A DNA stretch of 64,000 bases from TPA_inf: Saccharomyces (lineage: Eukaryota): assembly GCA_000146045.2 (NCBI GenBank), contig BK006947.3, positions 256,001 to 320,000 of the forward strand. The letters run 5' to 3'. The position numbers and the translations under genes were made by a program. This document shows positions 10,531 through 23,500 of the stretch, one piece after another; positions within the stretch are counted from its first letter, which is position 1, and each line of letters starts with the position of its first letter. The notes under the pieces were generated by a model. The model was not told the origin of the DNA. It ran no database searches and saw nothing but the letters and a program-made list of their open reading frames with translations.

Positions 10531-10816
10531 TATGTGAGTGTAACTTTTCGTCAAATACTCTTTGTGTTCTCAGGTTCCTTTTTGGTTTCTTGGTTGTTTT
10601 CCCATTCAGTCTAGGCGTAAGAATGTGAAGAAAGTCAAATACAGACCGCAAGCACCTTATGGATGCGTTAATGATTATTATGTCTAACGGACAACTATCG
10701 CAGAAGTCGCGGTACTTGAAGGAGAAAAGTCGTGAAAATTTTATTTTGGACAAATTGTCCAAGAAAAATAAGAAATATGACGTTATTACCCGTATTGAGA
10801 TTCCATTGAAAGACAT
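10514..10816 (-). CDS. Short ORF (100 aa) overlapping the GCR2 5' end and promoter; corresponds to dubious YNL198C and is probably non-coding
   Basis: Open frame only; the product is hydrophobic and low-complexity. Confidence 0.12.
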
Positions 10817-11607
10817 TCATAAAATTGATCAGTTCGGTCATAAACAAAGTAGAACTTCGAAATATCAAATATGTTCTTGCCACTGGTAGCCCATATTTTT
10901 TTAATCTGCTCTTGTAGCATAGGGTTGAAAATATTACATTGAAGTCGATACCGATATATACTTCTATAAAAATGAGTTCTGGAATAAAAGTAAGGCTAAT
11001 ACATATATATAGTGGGAGAATATCCAAAGGCAGAGTTTTTTAAACAAGGAAAGAATAAAAGTTGGCAGCATAAAAAAAAGATATTCTCTCTTCAAAACAT
11101 TTGTCGGATATGACCTCACCTAAGCACTTGGTGCTTTGATGACAATAATCACACTAAAGAGCGATATTCGATAGTGAGACTTTTCCCTCTCAATCTTATT
11201 CACATTAGCGCAAGCAAAATGGAATGAATGGCACATTAAAATTGAAAATAAAAGTTCTTGTTGTTGCAGAAGCGGTATAGGAGTTCGCAAAATGGTAGTT
11301 AAGAAAAAAGATGGCGGGTTTAATTCATAGTACAATTCAAATGTTAGACAGAAAAAGAAAAAATTTCTGTTATATGCACGTTGTAATGTAATAGTAAAAA
11401 GATAATTTAACGTAATTGAAGAGATAAAGTATTATCGATGTTATTCTTATTATTAGTCGGTTTAGAAAATATTATTATAACAAATAATAAAAGAAAAAGA
11501 AAAAATGCGACAGAAAATATTATTCTTATTATAGTGGGGGAAAGATGAAAAGCAATGCATATAATGTGATACATGCAAGGAAATCAGGTTTTTGCGGAAC
11601 CATTTTT

Positions 11608-13593
11608 TTAGTTTTTTATATGACCAACATTAGAATTGTAACTGGAAAGCATATTTACATTAGGATTTGGGTTACCACTGCCTCCTCTTCTGCTGTTTGG
11701 GCCCCTAACACCCAGTGGGTTTTTTGAAAAGCTTAATCTGATACCTCCCTTACTGCTCACAGTGGAGCGAGGTAACTGTCTACCATACAATTCAGCTAAC
11801 GCTCTGGTTGCAAAACTGACATCATCGAATTCAACGAAGCACATCGGTCCGTGACTATGACCATTAGATGTGGTATTCTTATTCCTGAATGATAGTCTTC
11901 TGAAGCCTTCTTGACCAGAAAATAGCTGTCTTAGTTCTTGCTCAGTAGCGTCGGAGGGTAAATTCCCTACATAAAGGGTATTACAAGGTGGATTTTGATC
12001 AGCAGGGTTGGCAGGAGGTGGAATTCTGGCTAGTAGTGACAAATCAGCCTGAGAAATCGAGGCAGATCCAGTAATATTTGAGGATAATGAGGTAGTAGAG
12101 TTATTCTTGTGTGAATTTCTACTTGAACTTAATCTTGCGGGCGGTACTTTTTGAGGAGTGTTACTTTGATTCACAGGATACATATGCTCTGGTTGGGGTT
12201 GTTGCATAAATCTGTTCTGTTTTTGAGGTGTAATGTTCATATCAGAGGTGTTTACCATATTTGAAATGTGCTGCGATTGAGAAGACATTAAACCGTATGG
12301 AGGCAATGAATTTGAAGAGGTTAGGGAAGTGTTAATCGTGTTACCAATTTGCATCATTGGTTGTTGCGAGCTGGCAGAGAGTGCCTGGTTAGCACCATTA
12401 TTGCTGGCTCCATTGTTGGAGCTGGCGTTTGCATTGGCACTGGTGTTGCTATTCGTAGGTGCAATGGCTGTCGATGCTGCAGAGGGTAAAAAGAACGAAG
12501 AACCATGTTGGGATGCAGAAGTATTTCCCCATTCTAAAGTTGGCGTAGAAGGTTGGGGAGTGCTCATGTAACCGTTGATGCTGGAAGGTATACCGCTTGT
12601 GCCCCATATCTTTTCATTAATTTCAGTGTTATCTCTCAAAAGGAAAGATTTGCCAATATCAGATGTTTGAATTGTTGATTCCACAGACAAATCTTGATGT
12701 GAATGGTTAGAATGTAACCCAATAACCTGGCCTTGAGAAGATAACGGTATTGAAGAATTCACTTGTTGTTGATTACATTGTTGTGGTGAATGTTTTTGCG
12801 TAGAGTGTTGTTGTGGCTGTTGTGGCTGTTGCTGCTGCTGTTGAGATTGCTGTTGGCTTAAAGGAGAATCATTGGAAAATGGATCGCTGAATGAAAACCT
12901 GGATCTTTGTGATAACAGACTTGGCCTTTTCATTCCCGAGTTCGATTTATTCAATCTTGAGGTGTCATTGAAAATGGCAGATGATGGGAATGAAACCAAG
13001 TTTTTTGTTGTGTCATCTATTATTTCAACGGTTGTTTTATTGGGAAAACTGGGTCCAAAGAGTTCATTTTTCGAATTCAAAATAACGGCATAATTAATAG
13101 CTAGATTCAATAACTCAAATCTGGCAATGATAAAAATATCATTCTCGTCTTCTAATGAGGCAGAAGTGATGCTTGATGAAGAGTTTTTTTTCTGTAATTC
13201 TATACTTTTCACACCTTCAGCAAGAGCGAAGATTGCATAGCATTCTCTGAGAGTAATATCCTTGGCTACATTTGACAATTTTAGGCTGTAGCTCCCCTTA
13301 ATGTTGTTATCGTGATTGCTAATGTTGCTGCTTGCAATGTCTTGGGGCATACTTCCAAGGGCAAGTGTGTTTAGCATAGAAGATATCGCTAAGGGTGAGT
13401 TTGTGTCATTCAAATACAACTCCCCACTTGCGCTTCCTCTACCCGACGCTTCGTGGGGATGAGAAGTAGTGTTCAGATTCAAACTGGAACGATGACTGGG
13501 AGAAATGTTGTGTGTGTTGGTGGTACTAGACACAACGTTGTCGCTACTGGACGCAAATGACCCTGTTTGGTCAAAATAAACTGAACTTTGCAT
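11608..13593 (-). CDS. WHI3: Whi3, RRM RNA-binding protein that regulates CLN3 mRNA and cell size (YNL197C), 661 aa
   Basis: ATG at 13591-13593 and exactly 661 aa. It has a C-terminal RRM (LYVGNLPSDATEQELRQLF ... MCFVEFDDVSFATRAL) and an internal polyQ tract QQQSQQQQQQPQQPQQ. Confidence 0.88.
   Translation of the reverse strand: MQSSVYFDQTGSFASSSDNVVSSTTNTHNISPSHRSSLNLNTTSHPHEASGRGSASGELYLNDTNSPLAISSMLNTLALGSMPQDIASSNISNHDNNIKGSYSLKLSNVAKDITLRECYAIFALAEGVKSIELQKKNSSSSITSASLEDENDIFIIARFELLNLAINYAVILNSKNELFGPSFPNKTTVEIIDDTTKNLVSFPSSAIFNDTSRLNKSNSGMKRPSLLSQRSRFSFSDPFSNDSPLSQQQSQQQQQQPQQPQQHSTQKHSPQQCNQQQVNSSIPLSSQGQVIGLHSNHSHQDLSVESTIQTSDIGKSFLLRDNTEINEKIWGTSGIPSSINGYMSTPQPSTPTLEWGNTSASQHGSSFFLPSAASTAIAPTNSNTSANANASSNNGASNNGANQALSASSQQPMMQIGNTINTSLTSSNSLPPYGLMSSQSQHISNMVNTSDMNITPQKQNRFMQQPQPEHMYPVNQSNTPQKVPPARLSSSRNSHKNNSTTSLSSNITGSASISQADLSLLARIPPPANPADQNPPCNTLYVGNLPSDATEQELRQLFSGQEGFRRLSFRNKNTTSNGHSHGPMCFVEFDDVSFATRALAELYGRQLPRSTVSSKGGIRLSFSKNPLGVRGPNSRRGGSGNPNPNVNMLSSYNSNVGHIKN
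12808..12855 (-). repeat. CAG/CAA trinucleotide tract encoding polyQ (QQQSQQQQQQPQQPQQ) inside WHI3
   Basis: On the plus strand it reads TTG/CTG repeats with interruptions. Confidence 0.85.
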
Positions 13594-14274
13594 GCTAAGA
13601 GATACAGGTTTTTCCCTCTGAAATATTGATCGATAAAGGCTGCTCTAGGTAAGTGACGCTTACAAATATTTGCAACTCACAGAAAAGTGATGACAAAGAC
13701 TTTTAACTTGAAATGATATGATCAGTTGAGAAAAAGCTGGTGAAGCAAATGAAAAATACGGGAAGAAAACAGGAACAGAAGGTTTTCAAAGTACACGACT
13801 TATTTTCTCTTTAATGCTAATTGATTGAATAAAGAGAAGACAGAAAGGAAACTGACACGTAAAATATGTGGACGGAATAAACAACTGTGCGTGAGCAGCG
13901 TTTCAAAAGCCTTTTCTTTTTGGAGGTCTGTGCTTGTTTAAAGAAGGCAATTCAATCAGGTGGTTATACTTGTTTATTCCGGCTTACTTGGTCGTGTTTG
14001 TTTTTTCTTTTGACCTCTCATGTCCGAAAAGGTCCAAAACAACGAGAAAAAAAAGCAGCAATCAGTTACCCCATTTAACGCGGGTAACAATAACGATTGT
14101 TCTAAATAGAGCAGATATCCAATAGTTGAGAACATGAAGAAGGATGGCGATAGAATCAGTGCGAAGCAGTCTAAAGAAGTTCCTTTCCCTTTCCTTTCCT
14201 TTTATTTTGCTAATAGTATTTGATATAAAGATGAAATACTATAAGAAGTTTATAAATTTTTTAAATTAGAAAAG

Positions 14275-15183
<909 letters not shown>

Positions 15184-15298
15184 TTATGTTTTTGATTTTT
15201 ACTATACTGATTAAGGTAGAAAATGGGACGATCTTGCTTTTTGTGTCCTTTCATTGAAGCACTGTTATTTATACGGTCAACTGCAGCCGGGCATAATT

Positions 15299-15308
15299 TC
15301 GGCGGCTA
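15299..15308 (+). promoter_or_regulatory. URS1 (Ume6 binding site) TCGGCGGCTA upstream of SLZ1
   Basis: A perfect 10/10 match to the URS1 core, about 130 bp upstream of the SLZ1 ATG on the minus strand. Confidence 0.65.
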
Positions 15309-15522
15309 TTCATATTGTCATCCCCGCACTCCTTCTTTGACAGCACGCAAGCACATGGAGGCTGATAATGCCCTCCCATATTGTAATAGAATATATTTAT
15401 GCAATAAAGAGAACGCAATAGCTGCATTTAACCAATAAAAAATTCGTTATGACAATAATATGTAGACAAGGATATAAAAGTATAAGGTTGGTTATAAATA
15501 AAAACTGTAGGAAAAACAAAAA

Positions 15523-16308
15523 CTACTTATGCAAGACCTTATTCTCAGGGTGCGAAATACTATGATCAGTAGCGTTTAGAACGTTAGCCGAAGGATTAGT
15601 CTCATCCATAATTTGGTTTCTTGGGACATTGTGCCGATCACCCACACCGTAGGCGTAGGTTTCCTTTTCCTCAGTTTCCTGATTGAATGATGGAATACTT
15701 GCGGGATATCCCTGCACTTTAGTGGTGTAAGAAGAAGCAGAGACGCCGCTATTTTCTTCTCTCATCATTTTCTCATTGTACCTGTCTGAGGAAGCCGTTT
15801 GGGGGTCCATCATGTCTTGGTTGTTATTATCGGCACGGCGAGAAGAAACGCTGTTCCACGCGTCGATGTGATGAGGTTGACTTTGAGGTGAACCTGCACC
15901 GGGAACATGTTGGTCGATAGGCCCATTGAAGTGCGGATCAGAGGTGTCTTGACAACCAATCGGCACGTTCTTGCTGTTCATTCTTGCCTCGGTCATTTTA
16001 CTACTATCAAAATTGGCTAGCGTAGACCTAGCGTTTTTGTTATAGTCACTGACCACTCTATTTGTGACTTTGCCACATCCCGGGATACCGATGCTACCGG
16101 CACCGGTGTTTAAAGTAGGGCCTGGGCATTCAGTTGGTAAAATTCCAGAGCGCTGTTCGTGAGACGAAGAGTGTCCGTCACGATGAGGATATTTGAGGTC
16201 GCTTGCCCTGCCACACCCTGGAACGCTGTACGTTTTATCCTTTGCCTGGTTCATATTGAGAGCATCATCACTTGCATATGCTTGAGCAGATTGGCCCAAA
16301 CCCAGCAT
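15523..16308 (-). CDS. YNL195C, uncharacterized protein, 261 aa
   Basis: ATG at 16306-16308 and exactly 261 aa. The product is hydrophilic and Ser/Asn/Gly-rich; position matches YNL195C. Confidence 0.7.
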
Positions 16309-16709
16309 CCTGTCATAAGATTTGTCAATATGGTAGCCGAAGCCGTGCTGTGTAGCAGAAGACTCTTGGTTTGTGTCTAATTCATTGCTGTCGAAATAGT
16401 GAAAAGAAAAGAAAAAGAGTTAGTAAGATGTGTATGATACATTAAAAGGAAGTTAAAATACGATTTCTTTTTATTAGATGGTATCATTACATTGTTTGAC
16501 GTATAGTATTAGTATTATTAGAGGTTGAGAATTAAAGATATTATATTTAGGGAAACATAAAAGATTAGTGGAATATCGGTGCAAAATATTAGTAATAAAT
16601 AAAATTGGTATCAACAGAGAATAGGAGAAGGCTAATCGCTGCAATTAGGTTTGTTATTATTTGTAATCCTAGCTTTAATAATAAGGGAAAAAAAAGCCTC
16701 CTTTGCACC

Positions 16710-17615
16710 CTATGATACAACAGGAACATTCTGTTCAGTATAGACGCGTTCCTCTTGAACCCGGTCTGGTTCATCGCCTGCGCTAGTCACAGTTCTCTTT
16801 TTCGTTCTCAATTTCTTAAAGAACCTATGATTCTGGTGGGATTGAGATTGTTGGACCTCAGTTACAGGCACCGAGGAAGGTATTCCTCCATTTGTTGGAA
16901 CTGGAGTTGGAGTTTGTGAGTCCACTGTCTTGGTAGAAGCGAAACTGCGGTCATAGATGTACTCGTTTCTTTTATGAGTAGCCACCATGATAGTACAGCA
17001 AATGGCGTTTACAATTAACAAAAATACTGTGGTCCAAATAAGCCCAAAATTCTTGGGACCTAGTCTAGCATCACGATTCTCATGGTGAAACGCCTTTACT
17101 GCCTTAGCGTAACATCCTGTGTACAGACAAGCGGATAGGGTTATGAAGAAAAGCGTGATCCAGCTCATTGCAGTTGCCAGAGCGGCGGTACGTCTATTGT
17201 ATCTGATTAAACTGGCAATAACCGAAACTAACGTGATTAACAAAAAGAAAAGCCCGATTAGAAGCATTGCCCAGCCCACTCTTGAAAGATAATAGTAGGC
17301 ATTTCTGTTGTTTAAAAAAGTTGAGGGCATGAGGGGGGAACTGCCAAAGTTGTCCCTTGGTGAAAACGGCTGAGCTGCCATCTTAGAAGAGCAGTTGACT
17401 GCTATTCCGCGGCTTTCCCAGCCGCACCAGTTATAATTGTACCATCTGGTTACGGAGGGCGCCGAGTTAAAGCCCGAAGTGGATGCCTGAAACCAATAAA
17501 AATTCTTCAACACTCCTGTGGTCCTGCCACCTGCTAGTATCAGAAAAAAAGTCAACAATGTAGCCCCTAGTAGAAAGAAAAGGTTAATAAAGTACACAAA
17601 CTTTTTGTAGGACAT
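16710..17615 (-). CDS. YNL194C, Sur7/PalI-family four-pass plasma-membrane (eisosome-associated) protein, 301 aa
   Basis: ATG at 17613-17615 and exactly 301 aa. The N-terminal TM is MSYKKFVYFINLFFLLGATLLTFFLILAGG, with three further hydrophobic helices and a cysteine-containing extracellular loop typical of the Sur7 family. STRE motifs lie upstream. Confidence 0.8.
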   Translation of the reverse strand: MSYKKFVYFINLFFLLGATLLTFFLILAGGRTTGVLKNFYWFQASTSGFNSAPSVTRWYNYNWCGWESRGIAVNCSSKMAAQPFSPRDNFGSSPLMPSTFLNNRNAYYYLSRVGWAMLLIGLFFLLITLVSVIASLIRYNRRTAALATAMSWITLFFITLSACLYTGCYAKAVKAFHHENRDARLGPKNFGLIWTTVFLLIVNAICCTIMVATHKRNEYIYDRSFASTKTVDSQTPTPVPTNGGIPSSVPVTEVQQSQSHQNHRFFKKLRTKKRTVTSAGDEPDRVQEERVYTEQNVPVVS

Positions 17616-17945
17616 TGATTATTAGAAACGGAAATATATGAGGTTATACTTAATGCTTATCGTGATCGCAATACAAGTAATTGTTTATGGTTGTTTGAAA
17701 ACCCTAGAAAAGTGGCTAATTTCGGATAAGAATTACAGATAGGATCTCTAACATAATATAAGTTGTTAGGGTATTTAGCTAATGTTTTTATATCGAAAGC
17801 AGGGGATAACAGCGGAGACAGAAAACAGGGAATAGTGATCTCATCTTTCCATCCGTTCATCCCACTTTTACGTCCTTGTAAATAGTACAAACTGCGGGTA
17901 GTAATGCAAGATTTGATGATATACAGGGTGCTTTTGCATTGCAAC

Positions 17946-18050
17946 CCCCTCCCTTAAAAGACGCTGGGGAGCAATTTTGTTCTAGAAGTCCCCTCTTTGT
18001 CGTCTTCCCAAATCCGACTTGTGCGGCTGTGCGGCTGTGCACTTCAGGGG
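17946..18050. promoter_or_regulatory. Cluster of three STRE (Msn2/4) motifs upstream of YNL194C: CCCCT at 17946-17950 and 17990-17994, AGGGG at 18046-18050
   Basis: The three pentamers lie within 105 bp, 330-435 bp upstream of the YNL194C ATG. A tandem GTGCGGCT x2 repeat lies adjacent (18021-18040). Confidence 0.5.
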
Positions 18051-18367
18051 GTGTCCTTGCCGTAATTTCGAGGAGTCTTTGTAAGTGATTAATTTTCTCA
18101 AAAATTCAACGTATGAAAAGGTGATAGTTTCGGCATCTGCGATATTCTTTTGGACCAGTTAGTGATGACGAAGGCCCTTAAGATTATGTTGGGAGCCAAA
18201 TTTTCGTAGTTGCATACGTAATTTTGAATTTGATTTGCTTTTTTTTCTTTTTTGCCTTGGCTTTCCGTTGATGCGGATTCTTGAGAGTTCTAAAAGTTTA
18301 TGTATACAAACACCGCATTGAATGCTTCGCCTCTTAAGCAGACAACTAGAGTATTGTAAACCAGGTA

Positions 18368-20044
18368 ATGGGACCTCCGAAAAATTTCAAGCATTTCAGT
18401 AAGAGTAATAAACACAAAAAGGAGCAGAAAGCCCTGATTACTCAAGAAGATTTCTACCTGGCAGCGATCGACTGTGAAGAACAAGCAGACCGTTGGTTGC
18501 TATCGGACATAAAGAAATGTTTGCGGTTCTATCTAAAGGCTCTAGAGCACTACGAAAATGGTCTGACTGCTTTAGATTCCACGCAGGAAGGGAAATATAA
18601 TATCTATTATAATGAAACAAGGCTTTTTTTGCAAATTTATACAGATTATCTGGCCAATAACGGCTACATTAATATCTTGCAATACGTGAAAATGGATGAT
18701 ATGCCTGATCTTTCCAATTTGGTGTTATCTCTGCCACAGATTATCCAACGGTTTGAAATTGTTTATGAGACTTTCCCAGAACAGAGAACTTGGGATCTTC
18801 AATTCAATCTATTGACATGTTATTTGACTCTCATAGAGTCCCTAGACGACACCGTTTCGCCCACCGTTGCAATGGAAGGTGCAGACATTTTAACTTTGAC
18901 AAACAAGTATATTGAAATCTTTCAACACCTGGTTAATTATCTGTTACAAGAACTACAAAACTGGAGTGAAAATGCAGAACAAGATTCCGATGACACAGAT
19001 ACGGAATTGCAAAGAGATACTTTGGATGAAGACGCGATGCAAGTTACCAGGGACGGAAGTGGTATCCGAACCAATGGACCTGTACAACCTCCAGCAGAAG
19101 TTATGGACGTTTCTGAACAAGTGACTCCGTCTTCACTTACCGAAGTACTCGCCAACTCTTTAAAGTTCAACCATGCTTTGATGGAATTGGTTATTGAGTC
19201 GAAAATATCTATTGAAAAAAATGTCGAAACGAAAATCTTGAATCCTATTCAGATTAATTTCTTGGAAGATACAACCAATAAATTCTATTTACAACTACGC
19301 GACATTATAGACTCCATTTCCGCCGCCATTCCATTAGATTTGAAGGAAATCGGTTTAGCCAAGACTTTAATTGAAGGTTTGAACATCATTAGCTCCGGAA
19401 CCTTCGAGTCATTGCAAGATTTTGTTCTGCAAACCGTCTCCTTTACCGATCTGCTTGATGAAAAAGATGTACAGGGTAAGATTGATCTTTCGTTGATTAG
19501 AGTTGATATCGTTGAATTTGCCATTCTATGTTTAAACGATTATTCTTCAGATGCATCTTGGAAACTCTCTGGGTTATTGACCAAAGTTCTTACAGAGGCT
19601 AGAACTTTATTAACAGACTATAGAAATCAAATCTTGTTTCTGAAAAATCAGACATTGAACGAACAATTGAGTCACGTAGTTTTTCAACTTTGTGATGTCT
19701 TAGTAAATTCCTCCGATAATGAACTGAGAAGGTACGCTATAAAAGAATCAACTGAAAAGTCACAAAAAACCCCCGGGGGAGCGCATACTTTAAACATATT
19801 GATGAAAAACGCTAACGTTTTTCTGAATAATGCTGTCGCTATCTCATCAAAACAGTGCGGGTTACAAGAAACGATTATTGATAAACTGAAGAGGAACTAT
19901 ATCCATAATCAAGCCAAGGAAAGACTACTTTTCTTACAGAGGCTGGAACAGAAGTCAAATGAGGATGACGGTACTTCTGCTTCGCCTACCGCAATGACGT
20001 TCGATATGCCACCAGAACACCCTTTTTATAGCCACTATCGGTAG
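18368..20044 (+). CDS. YNL193W, uncharacterized protein, 558 aa
   Basis: ATG at 18368 and exactly 558 aa. No domain is recognisable by eye; the identification rests on position and length. Confidence 0.7.
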   Translation: MGPPKNFKHFSKSNKHKKEQKALITQEDFYLAAIDCEEQADRWLLSDIKKCLRFYLKALEHYENGLTALDSTQEGKYNIYYNETRLFLQIYTDYLANNGYINILQYVKMDDMPDLSNLVLSLPQIIQRFEIVYETFPEQRTWDLQFNLLTCYLTLIESLDDTVSPTVAMEGADILTLTNKYIEIFQHLVNYLLQELQNWSENAEQDSDDTDTELQRDTLDEDAMQVTRDGSGIRTNGPVQPPAEVMDVSEQVTPSSLTEVLANSLKFNHALMELVIESKISIEKNVETKILNPIQINFLEDTTNKFYLQLRDIIDSISAAIPLDLKEIGLAKTLIEGLNIISSGTFESLQDFVLQTVSFTDLLDEKDVQGKIDLSLIRVDIVEFAILCLNDYSSDASWKLSGLLTKVLTEARTLLTDYRNQILFLKNQTLNEQLSHVVFQLCDVLVNSSDNELRRYAIKESTEKSQKTPGGAHTLNILMKNANVFLNNAVAISSKQCGLQETIIDKLKRNYIHNQAKERLLFLQRLEQKSNEDDGTSASPTAMTFDMPPEHPFYSHYR

Positions 20045-20501
20045 TGAAATTACGTACATATACATAAGTAGAAGATAATTCGTTGCGCATATGCTACAAG
20101 AACCCTTGGTGAAACGAAATTTGATACAAGTAAATACATGCAGGAAACATACATTACCTCTGAAACAAAGCCGAGACGGGGCCCAGCAGTCTTTTTTTAG
20201 AAATCGCGTGGCTTGGTAACGCGATAATGACGCGACACAGCCATTAGTGTGAAATTTGATTTTCTTGGCCAAACTAGGTATAATATTTGTTACAAATTAT
20301 TGATTTTAATATATATCTCGGGTTCATTTTTTACGTCGGTACTCCAAAGGATCAGAACACTTACATTTTGAGGCCTACCGGACCTTGCAGTACTGCTTGT
20401 TTAAATACGCAGTATACATTTCTTCTTCTTCTTCTCTCTTCTTTCCTTCCTCGAAGAGTCACTAAATTAATACTGGGAAGCCAAACCAAAAAAACTATAC
20501 A

Positions 20502-23500
20502 ATGAGTGATCAAAATAATCGATCGAGAAATGAATATCACTCAAACCGGAAGAATGAACCTTCCTATGAACTCCAAAATGCACATAGCGGGCTATTTCAC
20601 TCTTCTAATGAAGAATTAACAAACAGGAACCAAAGATATACCAATCAAAATGCCAGCATGGGTTCATTCACTCCAGTCCAATCTTTGCAATTTCCAGAAC
20701 AATCTCAGCAAACAAATATGCTTTATAACGGTGACGATGGCAATAATAATACTATCAATGATAACGAACGAGACATATATGGAGGTTTTGTCAACCACCA
20801 TCGCCAGCGTCCCCCACCAGCAACTGCAGAATACAATGACGTTTTTAATACGAATAGTCAACAGCTACCGTCGGAACATCAATACAATAACGTACCTTCA
20901 TATCCACTTCCTTCGATAAATGTGATTCAAACCACTCCAGAACTCATACATAACGGCTCACAGACTATGGCCACCCCCATCGAAAGGCCCTTCTTTAACG
21001 AAAACGACTACTATTATAATAACAGGAACTCTAGGACGTCACCGAGTATTGCTTCTAGTAGCGATGGTTATGCAGATCAGGAAGCTAGGCCCATTTTGGA
21101 GCAACCCAACAATAACATGAATAGCGGTAATATTCCTCAATACCATGACCAACCTTTTGGATACAACAATGGTTACCATGGCCTACAGGCAAAAGATTAC
21201 TATGACGATCCGGAGGGTGGTTATATTGATCAGAGAGGAGATGACTATCAGATTAATTCATATTTGGGTAGAAACGGTGAAATGGTTGATCCTTACGATT
21301 ATGAAAACAGTTTAAGACATATGACTCCTATGGAGCGTAGAGAATATCTTCATGATGATAGCAGACCCGTAAACGATGGAAAAGAAGAATTAGACAGTGT
21401 GAAAAGCGGTTACTCTCATAGAGACTTGGGGGAATATGACAAGGATGATTTTTCAAGGGATGACGAGTACGATGATCTCAACACTATTGATAAATTACAG
21501 TTTCAAGCTAATGGTGTACCTGCATCATCCTCGGTGTCTTCTATCGGATCTAAAGAATCCGACATAATAGTAAGCAATGATAACTTAACCGCAAATAGAG
21601 CACTAAAGAGAAGCGGTACTGAAATTAGGAAATTCAAACTTTGGAATGGTAATTTTGTTTTCGATTCTCCAATCAGTAAGACGCTATTGGACCAATACGC
21701 TACTACAACAGAAAATGCAAACACTTTACCAAATGAGTTTAAGTTTATGAGATATCAAGCAGTTACTTGCGAACCTAATCAACTTGCAGAGAAGAATTTC
21801 ACGGTGAGGCAGTTGAAGTATTTAACTCCAAGGGAAACGGAATTGATGCTAGTAGTCACAATGTATAATGAAGACCATATCCTGTTAGGAAGAACTTTGA
21901 AAGGTATTATGGACAATGTCAAATATATGGTGAAAAAAAAAAATTCAAGCACTTGGGGGCCGGATGCATGGAAAAAGATTGTCGTTTGTATCATTTCAGA
22001 TGGTAGATCCAAAATTAATGAACGCTCGCTAGCATTACTAAGTTCGTTAGGTTGTTACCAGGACGGGTTTGCTAAGGATGAAATTAATGAAAAAAAAGTG
22101 GCAATGCATGTCTACGAACATACGACAATGATCAACATCACAAATATTTCGGAATCAGAGGTTTCATTAGAATGCAATCAAGGTACCGTTCCAATACAAC
22201 TTTTGTTTTGTTTGAAAGAGCAAAATCAGAAAAAAATTAACTCACATAGATGGGCATTTGAAGGCTTTGCAGAATTACTGCGTCCCAATATCGTTACATT
22301 GTTAGATGCTGGTACCATGCCAGGTAAAGATTCTATTTACCAGTTATGGAGAGAGTTCAGGAATCCAAATGTTGGTGGCGCATGTGGTGAAATAAGAACT
22401 GATTTGGGTAAGAGATTTGTAAAGCTTTTGAATCCTTTAGTTGCATCACAGAATTTCGAATACAAAATGTCCAATATTTTAGACAAAACAACCGAGTCTA
22501 ACTTTGGATTTATTACTGTTCTACCGGGGGCATTCTCTGCGTATAGGTTTGAAGCTGTGAGAGGCCAACCATTACAGAAGTACTTTTATGGTGAAATTAT
22601 GGAAAATGAAGGTTTTCATTTTTTTTCTTCCAATATGTATCTTGCTGAAGATCGTATTTTATGCTTTGAAGTGGTCACAAAAAAAAATTGTAATTGGATT
22701 TTGAAATACTGCAGAAGTTCTTATGCTTCAACAGATGTACCGGAGAGGGTCCCTGAATTTATTCTTCAGAGGAGGCGTTGGTTGAATGGTTCATTTTTTG
22801 CTAGTGTATATTCCTTTTGTCATTTTTACAGAGTCTGGAGCAGTGGTCATAATATTGGTAGAAAACTCCTTTTGACGGTTGAATTTTTTTACCTTTTCTT
22901 CAATACATTGATTTCATGGTTTTCATTGAGTTCATTTTTCCTAGTCTTTAGAATTCTCACTGTTTCTATTGCACTGGCATACCATTCAGCATTTAATGTG
23001 TTGTCCGTCATATTCCTGTGGCTTTATGGGATTTGTACCTTATCAACATTCATACTGTCATTGGGTAATAAACCTAAAAGTACTGAGAAATTTTATGTTC
23101 TAACTTGCGTCATTTTTGCGGTGATGATGATTTACATGATATTCTGCAGTATATTCATGAGTGTCAAATCCTTCCAAAATATATTGAAAAACGATACCAT
23201 CAGCTTTGAGGGTTTGATTACCACAGAAGCTTTCAGGGATATTGTTATCTCTCTGGGCTCCACTTATTGTTTGTACCTAATCAGTTCAATTATCTATTTG
23301 CAGCCATGGCATATGTTGACAAGTTTTATTCAGTATATTTTATTGAGTCCTTCTTACATCAATGTTTTGAATATCTATGCATTTTGTAATGTCCACGACT
23401 TATCATGGGGTACAAAGGGTGCAATGGCAAATCCGCTGGGTAAGATTAATACTACAGAAGATGGTACGTTCAAAATGGAAGTTCTGGTCTCTAGTTCAGA

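Noticed and set aside
18021-18040. GTGCGGCT tandem duplication considered as a possible microsatellite or mobile-element scar
   Set aside because: It has only two copies and sits within a promoter STRE cluster. It is better treated as a possible transcription-factor site, and it is reported under the YNL194C finding.
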